Below, in pieces: positions 32,001 to 40,200 of a stretch of DNA of 64,000 nucleotides (its first letter is position 1; every line of letters begins with the position of its first letter). The stretch is from a virus (Duplodnaviria > Caudoviricetes). Made by a program: the position numbers and the translations under genes. The notes below the pieces were generated by a model. It ran no database searches and was not told where the DNA came from. It saw only the letters and a list, made by a program, of their open reading frames with translations. The stretch spans positions 32,001-96,000 of the IMG/VR virus record IMGVR_UViG_3300035517_000038; one strand, 5' to 3'.

Positions 32001-32875
32001 TGATTATAATCATCTTGTGCTTTTTTAGTAGCTTCTTCCATAAACTCCTCTGTTTCTATGTAAGCAAGCCTATCATCATGAGCACTTTCAATGTCTTTGG
32101 TAAATTTAGCAAGAGCTTCATCATGTGTATGAGAAGCCTCTATAGAAGCCTCGCCAAAAGCAGAAAGAGTAGAACCTACCATCATTTGAGTCTGCAAACT
32201 AGCACCGCTGCCTAACTTCATAAGTTTAGACATACCTCTTAATAATGGGGCAAAAGTCATACCTCCATAAGCAGCACCTATAGAGAAACCCATATTTTTA
32301 AGGAAGTCATTGCCTATAGTATTAGCAAGGTCTCCACTAAAAATATTTTTATACCATTCTTGGTTTTGCGCTTGTTCAGTTCTATAATTAGGTAAAACTT
32401 CTTCTGACCATTGATTTATTTCATCCAGTTTTTGACTAAGAGCATTATTCCAAAAATTATTACCTGACCACTCACCATCTGCAATACCTTTATAAGCATA
32501 TTCAATAGCACCCCAAACTAAACCAGCAGTGCCATTAGCCCAAGTAGTACCTGCAAGAACTAAACCTTTAGCAGCACCGTTAGCTATTTGTGTGTACCAA
32601 CCCTGCTCTAAAGCTCTATTGTCATTGACATCTCTTAATTCACCAGGAGTAAGAATATCTTTATCATACTTACTTTTTCCTACACCATAGTAATCCTCAG
32701 TATAACCTACAGTACCAAGGTTACCAACAGCTCTCCTATCTGCTGAAGCAGCGCTCTTAAAAAGAGCTGCTGCCTCCTCAGAATAGTATTTAGGAGCTTT
32801 ATTATTAGCTTTTTGAAGGTCTCTATAATTTTGAGGACCTGTCTTAGTTATATCTTGATAGTTTTCTGTACTCAT
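23093..32875 (-). CDS. Giant virion cargo/polyvalent protein (zincin MPTase + ART-like domain)
   Basis: 3260 aa; N-terminal hydrophobic/Gly-rich segments; AYHEAFH...EEELAE; YHGT...GFYFT. Confidence 0.8.
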   Translation of the reverse strand: MSTENYQDITKTGPQNYRDLQKANNKAPKYYSEEAAALFKSAASADRRAVGNLGTVGYTEDYYGVGKSKYDKDILTPGELRDVNDNRALEQGWYTQIANGAAKGLVLAGTTWANGTAGLVWGAIEYAYKGIADGEWSGNNFWNNALSQKLDEINQWSEEVLPNYRTEQAQNQEWYKNIFSGDLANTIGNDFLKNMGFSIGAAYGGMTFAPLLRGMSKLMKLGSGASLQTQMMVGSTLSAFGEASIEASHTHDEALAKFTKDIESAHDDRLAYIETEEFMEEATKKAQDDYNQKYKEINERYDKMPQTLVNNGDGVFVNPTEQARKKELDKLNADYISRVNNARSIAKKEANDAYDKAMQRAKEDAIKVGNGVFAMNIGILATSNYFAFGKAMVGGWKPLSKIEGVSYVNSQGERTSVKQAAKGAASKAAEAGTAVDAEEFAKQLAKGSYNVDKMGKGEKFLKSTVKPFLREANEEWSQGAAGKINIDYYGTDVMNYYKSNIDEDAELETLSYMNSIINGIDANVKDSNSWFEFLIGGVTGLTGVPIISKQKGKWGLRMQGGVREELQNIRENEERAEKIVGKLNEWIQDPKNLNNFKGINRINFFSNLQKAALEVGDEKAFKDAEFASMFSGVQMFSDAGRLDDFYTILDFLDSADQASPEELAEIVKDNTRTVTIEEQREAIKEELNTIYNFLNNNKKALSIKQQNVLNKRAEKLSRKLLTPGEIQEYNEGQFAGIDINTEEGQQKAVDILQKNSKQMREVVDAYLDSKSWVDNSVGDRLSNDQANYLAFLRAQALNWEKRIDQMGDEVQKALKPILDNNIEEVQELERYREVLEAQGVKDPELDKTIAQIKFANEEFKSLLRGTASRANRKLSDEKWDDFRDGIAKYLEHNGAIFDEFEYKDILKKLEDMKALSKATKLFSDTVKEYSKNLDKLEDDIEQTKKDTATEKENKTEEEKVNKAASQSVNEKINEVIDNSESWEDIDTSAFDEFVEMGDEAFDDTTGNVSTEKQEAIKRSRKAKEILEKAKNSKKRLDDMRARGQIDEQTHQDALALLLEGLKNSEAIEDLDDLDREAFNNFENLPNRALDPSMTEEEIEALMGQRLDKAKTAIREALDEEKATEKLLENVPGTVERGPVEGRVGAEVLGEEKPSATDPVEQPAPVNAIQRTDAYDAFIKAVNNDIRAAKEQGLITEAEEVRIREMLNNIVELLAQKVSNNNLKKTIQRKYGDLFSNNYIKDLYIVFSKHIPKFVDASLTTEDIADLKLPTSTKPEIVTGGEQATQEEVTGVESIPEELLGEEIDKIHNDDKITNSQAQADEDAATGALPLKAANGTLNYWRPATTEYPIHRKRGGDRTPYWMTLDNSNEKKPIYKAVYEFLEKVGVFDRAKTGFYDRAKGPKVTFAISKELSKSAGVPVILIVNSSGEVIGDLPIETDRYPGLAEFTRKAVKEYNEKQESVEGDLVPVGGESTIAKIMVGKPDFTTNKRSVSLNQIMDNTNSQGQSTENDFMIGFSTSNGQSPVVVANSKKSRDPKLQSTIMRTSESSTAPAGTPYLLLPTSSDLRAYMPVPFSMPRWLGISEGSLIYKAVREVAEYMATLSQNSDKKDIHEAQDRLRALLNLNHDKGIITFSKDGKLLGIRNGEKIAWASLESASINTRADIIMEAIKKHNPSIRVAREHINNTITVNGQEVNYNRMIGEVAFTNMRPGANHTVDDWFVLNPIIDGQEKKAKAPKTIGTNPNQRTSTATHVDVDANTRVKIENGDYYVWDAVGNDYLLLDPTKPNHAILRAKAYGIQHGLNGQKEYDTPWGRFNTKEEKFVAPKVESAPAEANTEGLGAAVDAARQEADKIPSEAFGTPISSPTDAIDTEGLDSGIDKSNAEGRVGAEYLNGGKKVVEAKQIGNEIARKAGLLKEGEVPGGLFVLNEDSSNDGGDLNYALAKSLVLRIRQTILRANSTREELVRAINNNGNKTKANVNLIEFMAQVQQAVQNGTLTVQDATNIAIQYLKVDPATKNKLFDEFNVEKETTTTTTTSTSNTTRLLEAAIKLARLDDINITDEELLNNDSIIPAVLKTELENLKESDLKAYRETIKNIRENAKNLQKTKAVNLIKSNNEAIFELLSNWNKLSDATTGKVEQYLYSKMPEVHKALKVLQKQTDKAKYKEMLQRYIDEAKKRQENKKNSNNVIPSGSAITADNASKLTKDSVVTITIKSPRGDSEFSDTVAGVSGNYVAIYTIDGGAIIVDVNAGTAEGFSEAQVSLKYVKEEPRDSNSADEFNSFSHTLSVRNTIFNDPNFVNVVDELSKGLENLEGTEFTDALYDKLAEHFNIDVTKIKYDEDIIDSVNSAYATVVASREKAATELKTTTPAADEAATDDDGGEVLSADDFDFSMDIAAERAKQKAEKEKAKAAEAKKDDTQDAYNEALKSLRGKINATRKLTFYKVPQDIVIAVSKLNNTMKNRFFATYDATINSSMSEEDIQKKAREAYEKSSKLRRESSDEAYEGTDIEAEVARVQQMLPQLAHEDALRLVESVTQLSTLANGDKVWGLFKDGVVYLAKNSSRGTAYHEAFHYVSQTLLSDRELSDLYEEAARVFGQKSELELEEELAEGFRRYMQNYEQLENQKGFRKLWGKLKMFVKTLFGKEAQLNKLYRNIRKGKFANKSKATNTINTYHGTGAFAIDEFSTDFLFTGEGNTAYTSGFYFTGSKVEAQMYRIRALATRLREYLPKAFTLFESSGSNLSVADMVDALNTFSATIKLGQNLGEKNTRLFERLTKFFQQDTQSFKEFVDLVERLSSRIDSLESLQYKLASIQKTKGILGTIRRLITNADKLKAEIKAIKSSFSEGVYSKGKIVENKETIQLNNLARQLSEKYNKFVEANKETEAFFTNIDEAVTVAESLLKSLHGGNTYSISINANGKFLQLDTAPDAETLSILDSIKYSLLPKIKNSEQYQRVIAHMTLSGNEPRVNGKSLLGTKGENMTPKELQDIFDNLYNTAETTMDKIRILEGLQSIEYLDKGSAGSNVGKAQADVTKLLVAKGGYVGAMHHSGFSNADHHIIYDSKAITINRNQQSREQTLRRSMSEEEALEQEIKDIENEISSTRDKIKESNNRLRAAYEKLKRDPKAKLRKGYVIYRDGFLTPDAAENAIPEEYKDITQVDECRGRYEIWTSVNKLGIAMNKESTKLLQRRVQLQNMLDAKKAEIAERSAFKEKLESYNHAKLNAQARESMDYLKERGMTIEDFEKMTLLEKETFLKCRM

Positions 32876-32880
32876 ATTAT

Positions 32881-34851
32881 TTAATCTTTTTCACTACCTT
32901 TACGGTCTATATTTGCACCAGATGAAGTATCTAACAAAGTATTCATAATTGCGGATGTTTTACCAGTAGCACTGAGGGTTATATCAGATACATCTATTGC
33001 TCTAGCATCTCTACCCTCTTCTTTAGCTTTTTTCCTTTCTTCTTGTTCTAACTTTTTCCTCTCAAGGTTTTCAGTTCTAATTACTTCATTATATTCTTGC
33101 AAAGCAGTTTGTCCCCCAAGTCCTAAGTCATCAGGATTTACAATATATCTTCTACCATCATCTAATTCATATATCATTTGATTACTACTAGGAACATTTA
33201 TTATGTACTTAACATTTACTTTATTAGCATTAGTACCTGTAGCAGTAAGTTCATCATATATCTTAGAACCCTTAACACTCTTACCTTCTGCAATAGAACC
33301 ATCATCCTTAAGTTTACCAGCTTCTCTTACAATACCTGCTCTAATAAGACCTGCTAATTTTTTAGAACCTTCATCAGTATTAACTCTGACTCTTACTACA
33401 TCAGTATTAACAAGACCTGCAAGTTCTTCACTACCATAATCTTCCATAAATTGTTTATGATTTGCATATATAGTTTTTAGAGATTCAGGTGTGTATGTAA
33501 ATTCATAATTATTTCTAAACTTATATGGATTACCTCCAGAGTCACGGGCATCAGTTTCTGTATAGTGAGGAGTAAGTTCAAAACCTCTTTCTTTTGCCCA
33601 TGCAGCAAAGTCATCATCTTTATTCGCAAAGGCATAACCCGCAGAACCTCTAAGCTCTTGACCACTAGCCTTGCGGTCTGCATATTCTACAGAAAGCTCT
33701 ATAGCCCTCATACCCTTAGAAGTGAATTTACCAGTATCAGTAATATAACCCTTCTTACGATATTTATCATAAGTTGCCTTAGCTTCATCATTCAGTTTCT
33801 TTACTTCTGATGCTGAATACCAAGTAGTTATATTATCTCTATATTTATTCTTATCCTCATCAGTTTTTTTACCGCTGGAGCCTGAACCACTTCCTGAACC
33901 TCCACCATCTTCATCACCGTAGTAATTCCTTATATTATATTCAGCTTCTGCCTTCTTATACATAAGGTCAATAGCATTATCAATAGCCCTCTTTTCCTTT
34001 CTAATCTCAGCTTCTTCTTGTGCAGCCATAACTGCGCCCTTATTCTCCATAGTAGACCATGAGGATTCTCCAACACCTGCAACTAAACCCTTCATAGCAT
34101 AAGAATAAGCACGGTCTTTAATATCTTCCCAATTATCCCATGTATTAATACCTGAAGAATTTATAGCAGATTCTACAACATTTGCCATAATAGCATTGTT
34201 CTTATTGGAGTTTTCATAAGCATCTGTACCATAAGTAGTAGCAAATTTTTGAATATCATCAGCACTAAATCCCTTCTTAAGAAGTAATTTATAGGTGAAG
34301 TTATCTATATTACCATTCCTTCTAAGAGTTGCCATATCCTTAGCTAAGGCGTTCATTTGCTCGGCTACATCCGCTTTTAAAAGGCTACCAGTATAGTTTT
34401 GATTAAGAGCATTGTAATTAGGATTATTCATATATTCTCTTAAACCTATTTCATTAGCTTGTCTACCCCACAAGTATGTGGGGTCTTTAAGAGACATCTC
34501 CTGCTGTAATAATGCTTGTCTAGTTCTTTCAGCGAGTGCTTTTTCCATAGGATTAATAGTCTTTTGATATTGATTTTTTAATCCTATGAAAGCATTTCTA
34601 GAACCAACATTAAGACCATTAGCTGCTAAATCATTTACACTCTTTTGTAAATTATTCATATAATTCTGATACTCACGATAAACATCAGCATCTTGAGCAT
34701 TATATCTTAGTTGCTCCATCTCTGCTGCTTTATCAGCAAGCACACTATACTGCTCTTCTAGAGCTTGATGAGCTTGAGTAGCCTGCAAGAGTGGTGCATT
34801 AATCTCTTCATATGTAAAAGGATTAAATATTGTAGTTAGAGTCCTTGCCAT
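32881..34851 (-). CDS. Virion cargo protein
   Basis: 656 aa; FNPFTYEE N-terminus; lies between the other cargo genes. Confidence 0.7.
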   Translation of the reverse strand: MARTLTTIFNPFTYEEINAPLLQATQAHQALEEQYSVLADKAAEMEQLRYNAQDADVYREYQNYMNNLQKSVNDLAANGLNVGSRNAFIGLKNQYQKTINPMEKALAERTRQALLQQEMSLKDPTYLWGRQANEIGLREYMNNPNYNALNQNYTGSLLKADVAEQMNALAKDMATLRRNGNIDNFTYKLLLKKGFSADDIQKFATTYGTDAYENSNKNNAIMANVVESAINSSGINTWDNWEDIKDRAYSYAMKGLVAGVGESSWSTMENKGAVMAAQEEAEIRKEKRAIDNAIDLMYKKAEAEYNIRNYYGDEDGGGSGSGSGSSGKKTDEDKNKYRDNITTWYSASEVKKLNDEAKATYDKYRKKGYITDTGKFTSKGMRAIELSVEYADRKASGQELRGSAGYAFANKDDDFAAWAKERGFELTPHYTETDARDSGGNPYKFRNNYEFTYTPESLKTIYANHKQFMEDYGSEELAGLVNTDVVRVRVNTDEGSKKLAGLIRAGIVREAGKLKDDGSIAEGKSVKGSKIYDELTATGTNANKVNVKYIINVPSSNQMIYELDDGRRYIVNPDDLGLGGQTALQEYNEVIRTENLERKKLEQEERKKAKEEGRDARAIDVSDITLSATGKTSAIMNTLLDTSSGANIDRKGSEKD

Positions 34852-37163
34852 TATCCTTTACTATCTTTTTTCTTTTTACTTTTATTATTACCATTATAAC
34901 TCATTGTACCATCTTGACCATAACCATAATAGTATGCGGGATTAGTATTAGCAGCATTAAATCTGAAGTTCTCGGTACCAATATTCTGCAAGTTAGTAGC
35001 AAAAGCATTAAGGTTAGTAGATTTAGCAGTATCAACTGCATTTCTCTCAGCTTCCATCATAGCTAATGCTTGATAGAGAGAGTTCATATAAGCAGAATCA
35101 GTAGTCATTCTATTGCTAGCATTTGCACTGGCAACAGCTCTAGCACCTTCAGAATTATATTGGTCGGTAGCTCTGTTAAATGTTAATCTCTTTTCATCAA
35201 GGGCATACTGCTGCATCTGAGCATCCATAAGAGCTTTACCAAGAGCATTAGTTTGGTTATAACCACTAGCTATTAAGGCTCCTGCAAGTTGTCCTTTATT
35301 TAATCCTGAATTTCTTAATGCTCTATTATTAGCACCTGCAGCACTATTAATAGCATTAGCCTGAGTTCTAGTATCTACAAACATAGGCCCCATTTTCTGA
35401 GTTACAGGAGTGAAACTAATAACAGGTGTCCTTCTATTTCTAGCTGCTGCTATAAGAGTATTAGGAGCTGTATAATCAGCTTTATTAGTCCATCCTACAG
35501 CATCTGTCAATGCTTGAACTCCAGTAAGCATAGCACCTGCGTATCTAGATTGTGTAGGTAATATAGGAGTATCTGAATTAGTGGTGGTTGTAGTACCAAC
35601 AGACGATTTTAAATTAGTATATTTATTACCCATGTTAAAGCCCACAGCGGCTACAGAAGCAGGGTCTATAGTAGGAGCTAACGCAGTAATAGCATTATTG
35701 GTAGCTAAAGAACCAAGAGGGGTATAACCACCTTTATCAAATGTTCTTACTCCATTAGAGTAACCAGCTTGTCTTTCTTTCTTAGCCTCTTGAGAAGCTG
35801 TTAAGAAATTCATAAAATCTTTATGAGTATCTTTAGATATAGTGTCATTAGGTCTTTCTTCAGATTCTTTGGATAATCTTTTAGCAGCTTTGGCATAAGT
35901 TTGCTTACCGCCTTTTAAACCTATAGCTTTGGCATCTTTCTTATCTATATTAATATCATTAGAAAAGATATAATTACCAAACTTTGCTTCACCTTCTTGT
36001 ACAGTATTAGGAATACCATCAGGGCCTACTCCCATAGGGACACCACCTAATGGATTTTCTTCATGAGAGCCTCCTTCATCAATGGTTACTAAACCATTAG
36101 TAAATTCAGCACCATAACCACCAAGAGGTCCTCCATACTTATGTTCTTTAACTTTTACTCTCTTAGTGCTTTCAAGAGGAAAAAGACCAACAAGTTCTCT
36201 TCTACTAGCACCTGCTGCATTGTTTTTAGGGTTATTACCCATTTCTGTATTATAGGTTTTACCATTGAAATTAAAGGTAGATTGACCCTTTTTACGAGCT
36301 TCAGCAAATGCAGAATTAAAATCTCTTTCTATAGGAACCCAAAGAGTGTCCTTCTCTAATTTATACTGACTAGGCTCATTATAGTAAAAACCACCGCTAG
36401 CTCCACCACCACCTGTAGTACCTCCACCATAAGAACCACCAACAGAATAGGCTACATCTCTAGCAGCTCTTTCTTGAGCTATTTGATTAGTTAATTGTCC
36501 GATAGCAGAGTTATTGTAAGCTTCTCTTGCTTGGTCAAATGACATTCCTAAATAACCACCATCTCTAAAACTATTTGCTAATAAACCATTCATAGTTTGA
36601 TTTTGAACTTTACTTAAATTAGTTGCAAGAGACCTATTTACAAAATCTTGACCCCAAGCTTGTTGTTCTCTATATTCATTTGCTTGATTCTTAACCTTAT
36701 TTGAAAGCCAACCATCAGAGCCTAAATAATCATTACTAAAAGTCTTAGCTCTAATAGCGTTTGACCAGTTGGCTGCTAAATCATCATAATTGGTAGCAGA
36801 AGTTGTAAAGCTATTAAGAGCATTTATATTAGCCTCAATAGCTTGTTGATTCTCTGTATTAAATTTAGAACCAAAAGTTCTATTAGCTAATCCACCTATA
36901 ACATTAGCAGCAGCACTACCAAAGGTTCCAATGGGGCCTGGAATATTGCTAATTAAACTACCTGCAGTATTAAATATATCACCTGCTGTAGAATTTAGAC
37001 CACCACCAATAAGATTTCCAGCGGCTTTACTGGCAGCATTGATAGCACCAGTCATTAAAGCCCCTCCTGAACCATTCATCATATTTGACCACTCAGTGCT
37101 TGTGGCTTTCTTAGTACCTTGCCAAGCCTGAGAGACCATATTAAAACAATATCCTATGTTCAT
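34851..37163 (-). CDS. Gly/Ala/Asn-rich virion cargo (ejection) protein
   Basis: GGSHEENPLGGV...EGE...YIFSN motif. Start moved to 37163 because 37182-37268 holds a promoter and a terminator. Confidence 0.75.
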   Translation of the reverse strand: MNIGYCFNMVSQAWQGTKKATSTEWSNMMNGSGGALMTGAINAASKAAGNLIGGGLNSTAGDIFNTAGSLISNIPGPIGTFGSAAANVIGGLANRTFGSKFNTENQQAIEANINALNSFTTSATNYDDLAANWSNAIRAKTFSNDYLGSDGWLSNKVKNQANEYREQQAWGQDFVNRSLATNLSKVQNQTMNGLLANSFRDGGYLGMSFDQAREAYNNSAIGQLTNQIAQERAARDVAYSVGGSYGGGTTGGGGASGGFYYNEPSQYKLEKDTLWVPIERDFNSAFAEARKKGQSTFNFNGKTYNTEMGNNPKNNAAGASRRELVGLFPLESTKRVKVKEHKYGGPLGGYGAEFTNGLVTIDEGGSHEENPLGGVPMGVGPDGIPNTVQEGEAKFGNYIFSNDINIDKKDAKAIGLKGGKQTYAKAAKRLSKESEERPNDTISKDTHKDFMNFLTASQEAKKERQAGYSNGVRTFDKGGYTPLGSLATNNAITALAPTIDPASVAAVGFNMGNKYTNLKSSVGTTTTTNSDTPILPTQSRYAGAMLTGVQALTDAVGWTNKADYTAPNTLIAAARNRRTPVISFTPVTQKMGPMFVDTRTQANAINSAAGANNRALRNSGLNKGQLAGALIASGYNQTNALGKALMDAQMQQYALDEKRLTFNRATDQYNSEGARAVASANASNRMTTDSAYMNSLYQALAMMEAERNAVDTAKSTNLNAFATNLQNIGTENFRFNAANTNPAYYYGYGQDGTMSYNGNNKSKKKKDSKG

Positions 37164-37181
37164 ACTAATAAATATTTTATA

Positions 37182-37213
37182 CAAAGATAAGTAATTAAAT
37201 TCTGATTCACAAT
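37182..37213 (-). promoter_or_regulatory. Host-type promoter for the cargo genes
   Basis: ATTG-N20-TATCTTTG on the minus strand. Confidence 0.75.
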
Positions 37214-37224
37214 AAACTAAAGGA

Positions 37225-37268
37225 TAAAATAATAGGAGCATAAGAAAACTCCTATGCTCCTTATTATT
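37225..37268 (-). terminator. Intrinsic terminator after the muzzle gene
   Basis: AGGAGCATAGGAGTTTTCTTATGCTCCT hairpin followed by ATTATTTT. Confidence 0.7.
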
Positions 37269-40200
37269 TAGTATGTATAAGTTACATCTAAATCATGTAA
37301 TACCAATCTATCTGTAGAACCAGCAGGCATATTAAAACTTATTTTAGCCCAGGGGTTTCTAATCCTTTGGAAGGTATTTACATTTCTTGGTATATTGGCT
37401 CTCCAAACTCTAAATTTATATTTAAAATCTCTACCAGCATCAGACTTCTGATACTCATTAGAGGCTTCTATACTAGCAAATGGTGCCTTATGTGTTACAT
37501 TACCATCTTTATCATATAAGTCCGCCCTAAGTTCCACAGTGTCAAATATTTTAGTGATAGTAGGATTCTCATTAGAAATAAAGCTAAAGGCTCTATTATA
37601 TCTAAAACCAAATATAGTTCCTGTATTTGCACTATATAATTGAGTTATTAATGGGTATCCATACTTATAACCAATAAATTTATTCTTAAAATTAATCAAT
37701 CCATAAGTACCACTATAAGAAAATATAGATACAAAATTATCCAGAGTCTCATTAAAGTTTAATGTTGTCTCTTGATTAGCACCAGGACCTAATGCAAAAT
37801 AAACATCCTTATAGGTATTATCGTAGAAAGTTCTAATGCCATTAGAATCACTACTAGCAGGTAGCCACTCATTCGACTTATAGTTCTCTCTAACCCAATC
37901 CTGCATACCCTTCTCTAAACTTAAGTCTGCTATGCCATTAGAGTTATATCTATATATAGAATTAGATTGTTTATCTATAAAGTAAACTCCCATAGGAGTT
38001 GACGTCACTGTCCATTTGTTTTGGCAACCTACTTGGTCACTAAGGAATCTATAACCATCAACCTTATAACCATTAGATATTTCAATAGGTACCCCATCTC
38101 CTGCTGCTACTTGAGTCCTAGAATTAAACAGTATCTGACTAAAAGCCTTTTCTTGTAAAGCCAGTAAAGTATCATTATAGGTTGTTAGTGCAGTAAGTTT
38201 ACCTTTATTACCATCGAGGTCTAAAGTATTAATGAGAGTAATCTGAGTCCAGGGGTCGGTTTCTGATGCATTTGTTTTCTCAGAAGTCCAAGTAACCATG
38301 TTAGTAAACTCATGCTGTTTATAGTAATCGGCATCCATCATCTTATAGGAGAAGTAATTATCCTTCTGACTATACACCTTATTAATGATATTGAAGTTAC
38401 TAGGAGTGCTATTTAAATCTGAAACTAACCCTCTATTAATATCACACCTACCATCAATATTAATTCTAGTCTCTACCATGTAAGAGGCAATTTCTACTAA
38501 TTGATTAGTATCTGTAGAAGCTGCTGGATATGTTTTTAAACAATCATATCTCTGATAGTAGAAGTCTCCATATGTAACAGGTAATATAGAAGTTTGAACA
38601 CCATCCTTCATAGAGAGCATTTCTACAGGCTCTGATGCAGGTATCCAAGTATTATTATTAATCATATCTCCTTTAGAACTACCTCCAAAACTATTATGTG
38701 TATTAGGATTATATAATTCACCTAAGAATAGATATGGGTACATTGTTGTGTATTTACTAAAGGGTATTTCATCATATACATTTGAAACTACTGTAGAATC
38801 TGAAGAAGCTGCAGCCTTTAATAAAGTAGAAGCGGGTTCAGTATTATATGTAGTGCTAATACCTGTAATTGTACTTTGAGATGCTGCATGGGCTACATTA
38901 TTAACATATTCAAAAGTAAAACCATTTGCTAAAGAGCCGCCTGTTATTTTAATAGTAGTAACTTCGTAGGTATCTTTATCATAACTACTTGTAAACTTTA
39001 TAAATGTTCCTACATCAATAGATTTATTGTATAAAACCCAAGATACAATTGTCTTATCATCTGATTTAGTGTAAGAACCTCCATACCTTAACCACCATAG
39101 TTTTTTAATACTGTAATTAATAACCATACCACAAGAAGAGGAACTCAACTTAGTAGCTCCTACTTGTAGTCCAAATGAATTTAAATAAGGAGTGGTTTTT
39201 GAAGTATCAAAAGTTATATCATTAAGAGAAGTTTCAGCATAAAATAATGCAGTCTTAAGAACTACAGAACTATCTTCAGTATCATTATTAGAACCTCCTG
39301 ATTCTTCTGTTCCTCCATTATTATCTGTATCTACATAGACATCTTTACCAACGGCAGTACCTTCTAATATAGGAAGAGTTCTAACTCTGTTTGTTGTAGC
39401 ATCTTTTAATTTAAATACAGTATGAGGACTGGATTTATACTTCATTCTTACAGCATCATTTGTGCTATAAACTTCATCAGAGGTCATTATACTACCATCC
39501 TTTGTTGAGTATATAAGATAGTCATCATTAGAGAGCATAGTGTCTATGTCCCCTAAATAGGAATTAGAATCCCACCTAACTATACCTACATCATCTCCCC
39601 AATACTGTGGAGTTGTTATTGGGTACTCATATACAGTATCTAACCAAATGGTATTATAGGAAAATAATTTATGCGACATAACCTTGGTATCAAGGACTGC
39701 AGTTCTTGTACCATCACCCTCTTCTCTATTAAAATCTGTATTAAGAGAGCCAGTCCTCTGCCACATATATATATTATAATTATAAAGAGTCTTACTATCA
39801 GCTACTTCAGCTTTACCTTCATCATCTTCTCTTATTCTATAATCCTTAAATCCTAAAATAGCATTTCTATGATAACCACCCTCTGACTCTACTTGAGTTA
39901 ATGCTGTTGCACTTACCTTTGAATCAGGGGAATAGCCAGGAGTTGATAACTGCACATTAATATCACTGGTAACAGAATAAAATGGTACATAACCAAGAAT
40001 CCTAAGTTTATATCCTTCTTTATTAAGAGCATAAAATTCAGTATCAAACTCTATATCAGGAGAATGTAAAGTTACAAGGTTTTGGTCTACAGCGTAGTAA
40101 TCACCTTCACTAAAAAGACTATTAGTAGCAAGCCTATTTTCTGATGATGATTTATAATATATATTTTGAATTTCAGCATTAGCGTCAGAGTTAGGAGGCA

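Noticed and set aside
11388-36359. Many 60-130 aa antisense or alternate-frame ORFs inside the giant genes
   Set aside because: They are shadow ORFs produced by codon bias and have no motifs or expression signals.
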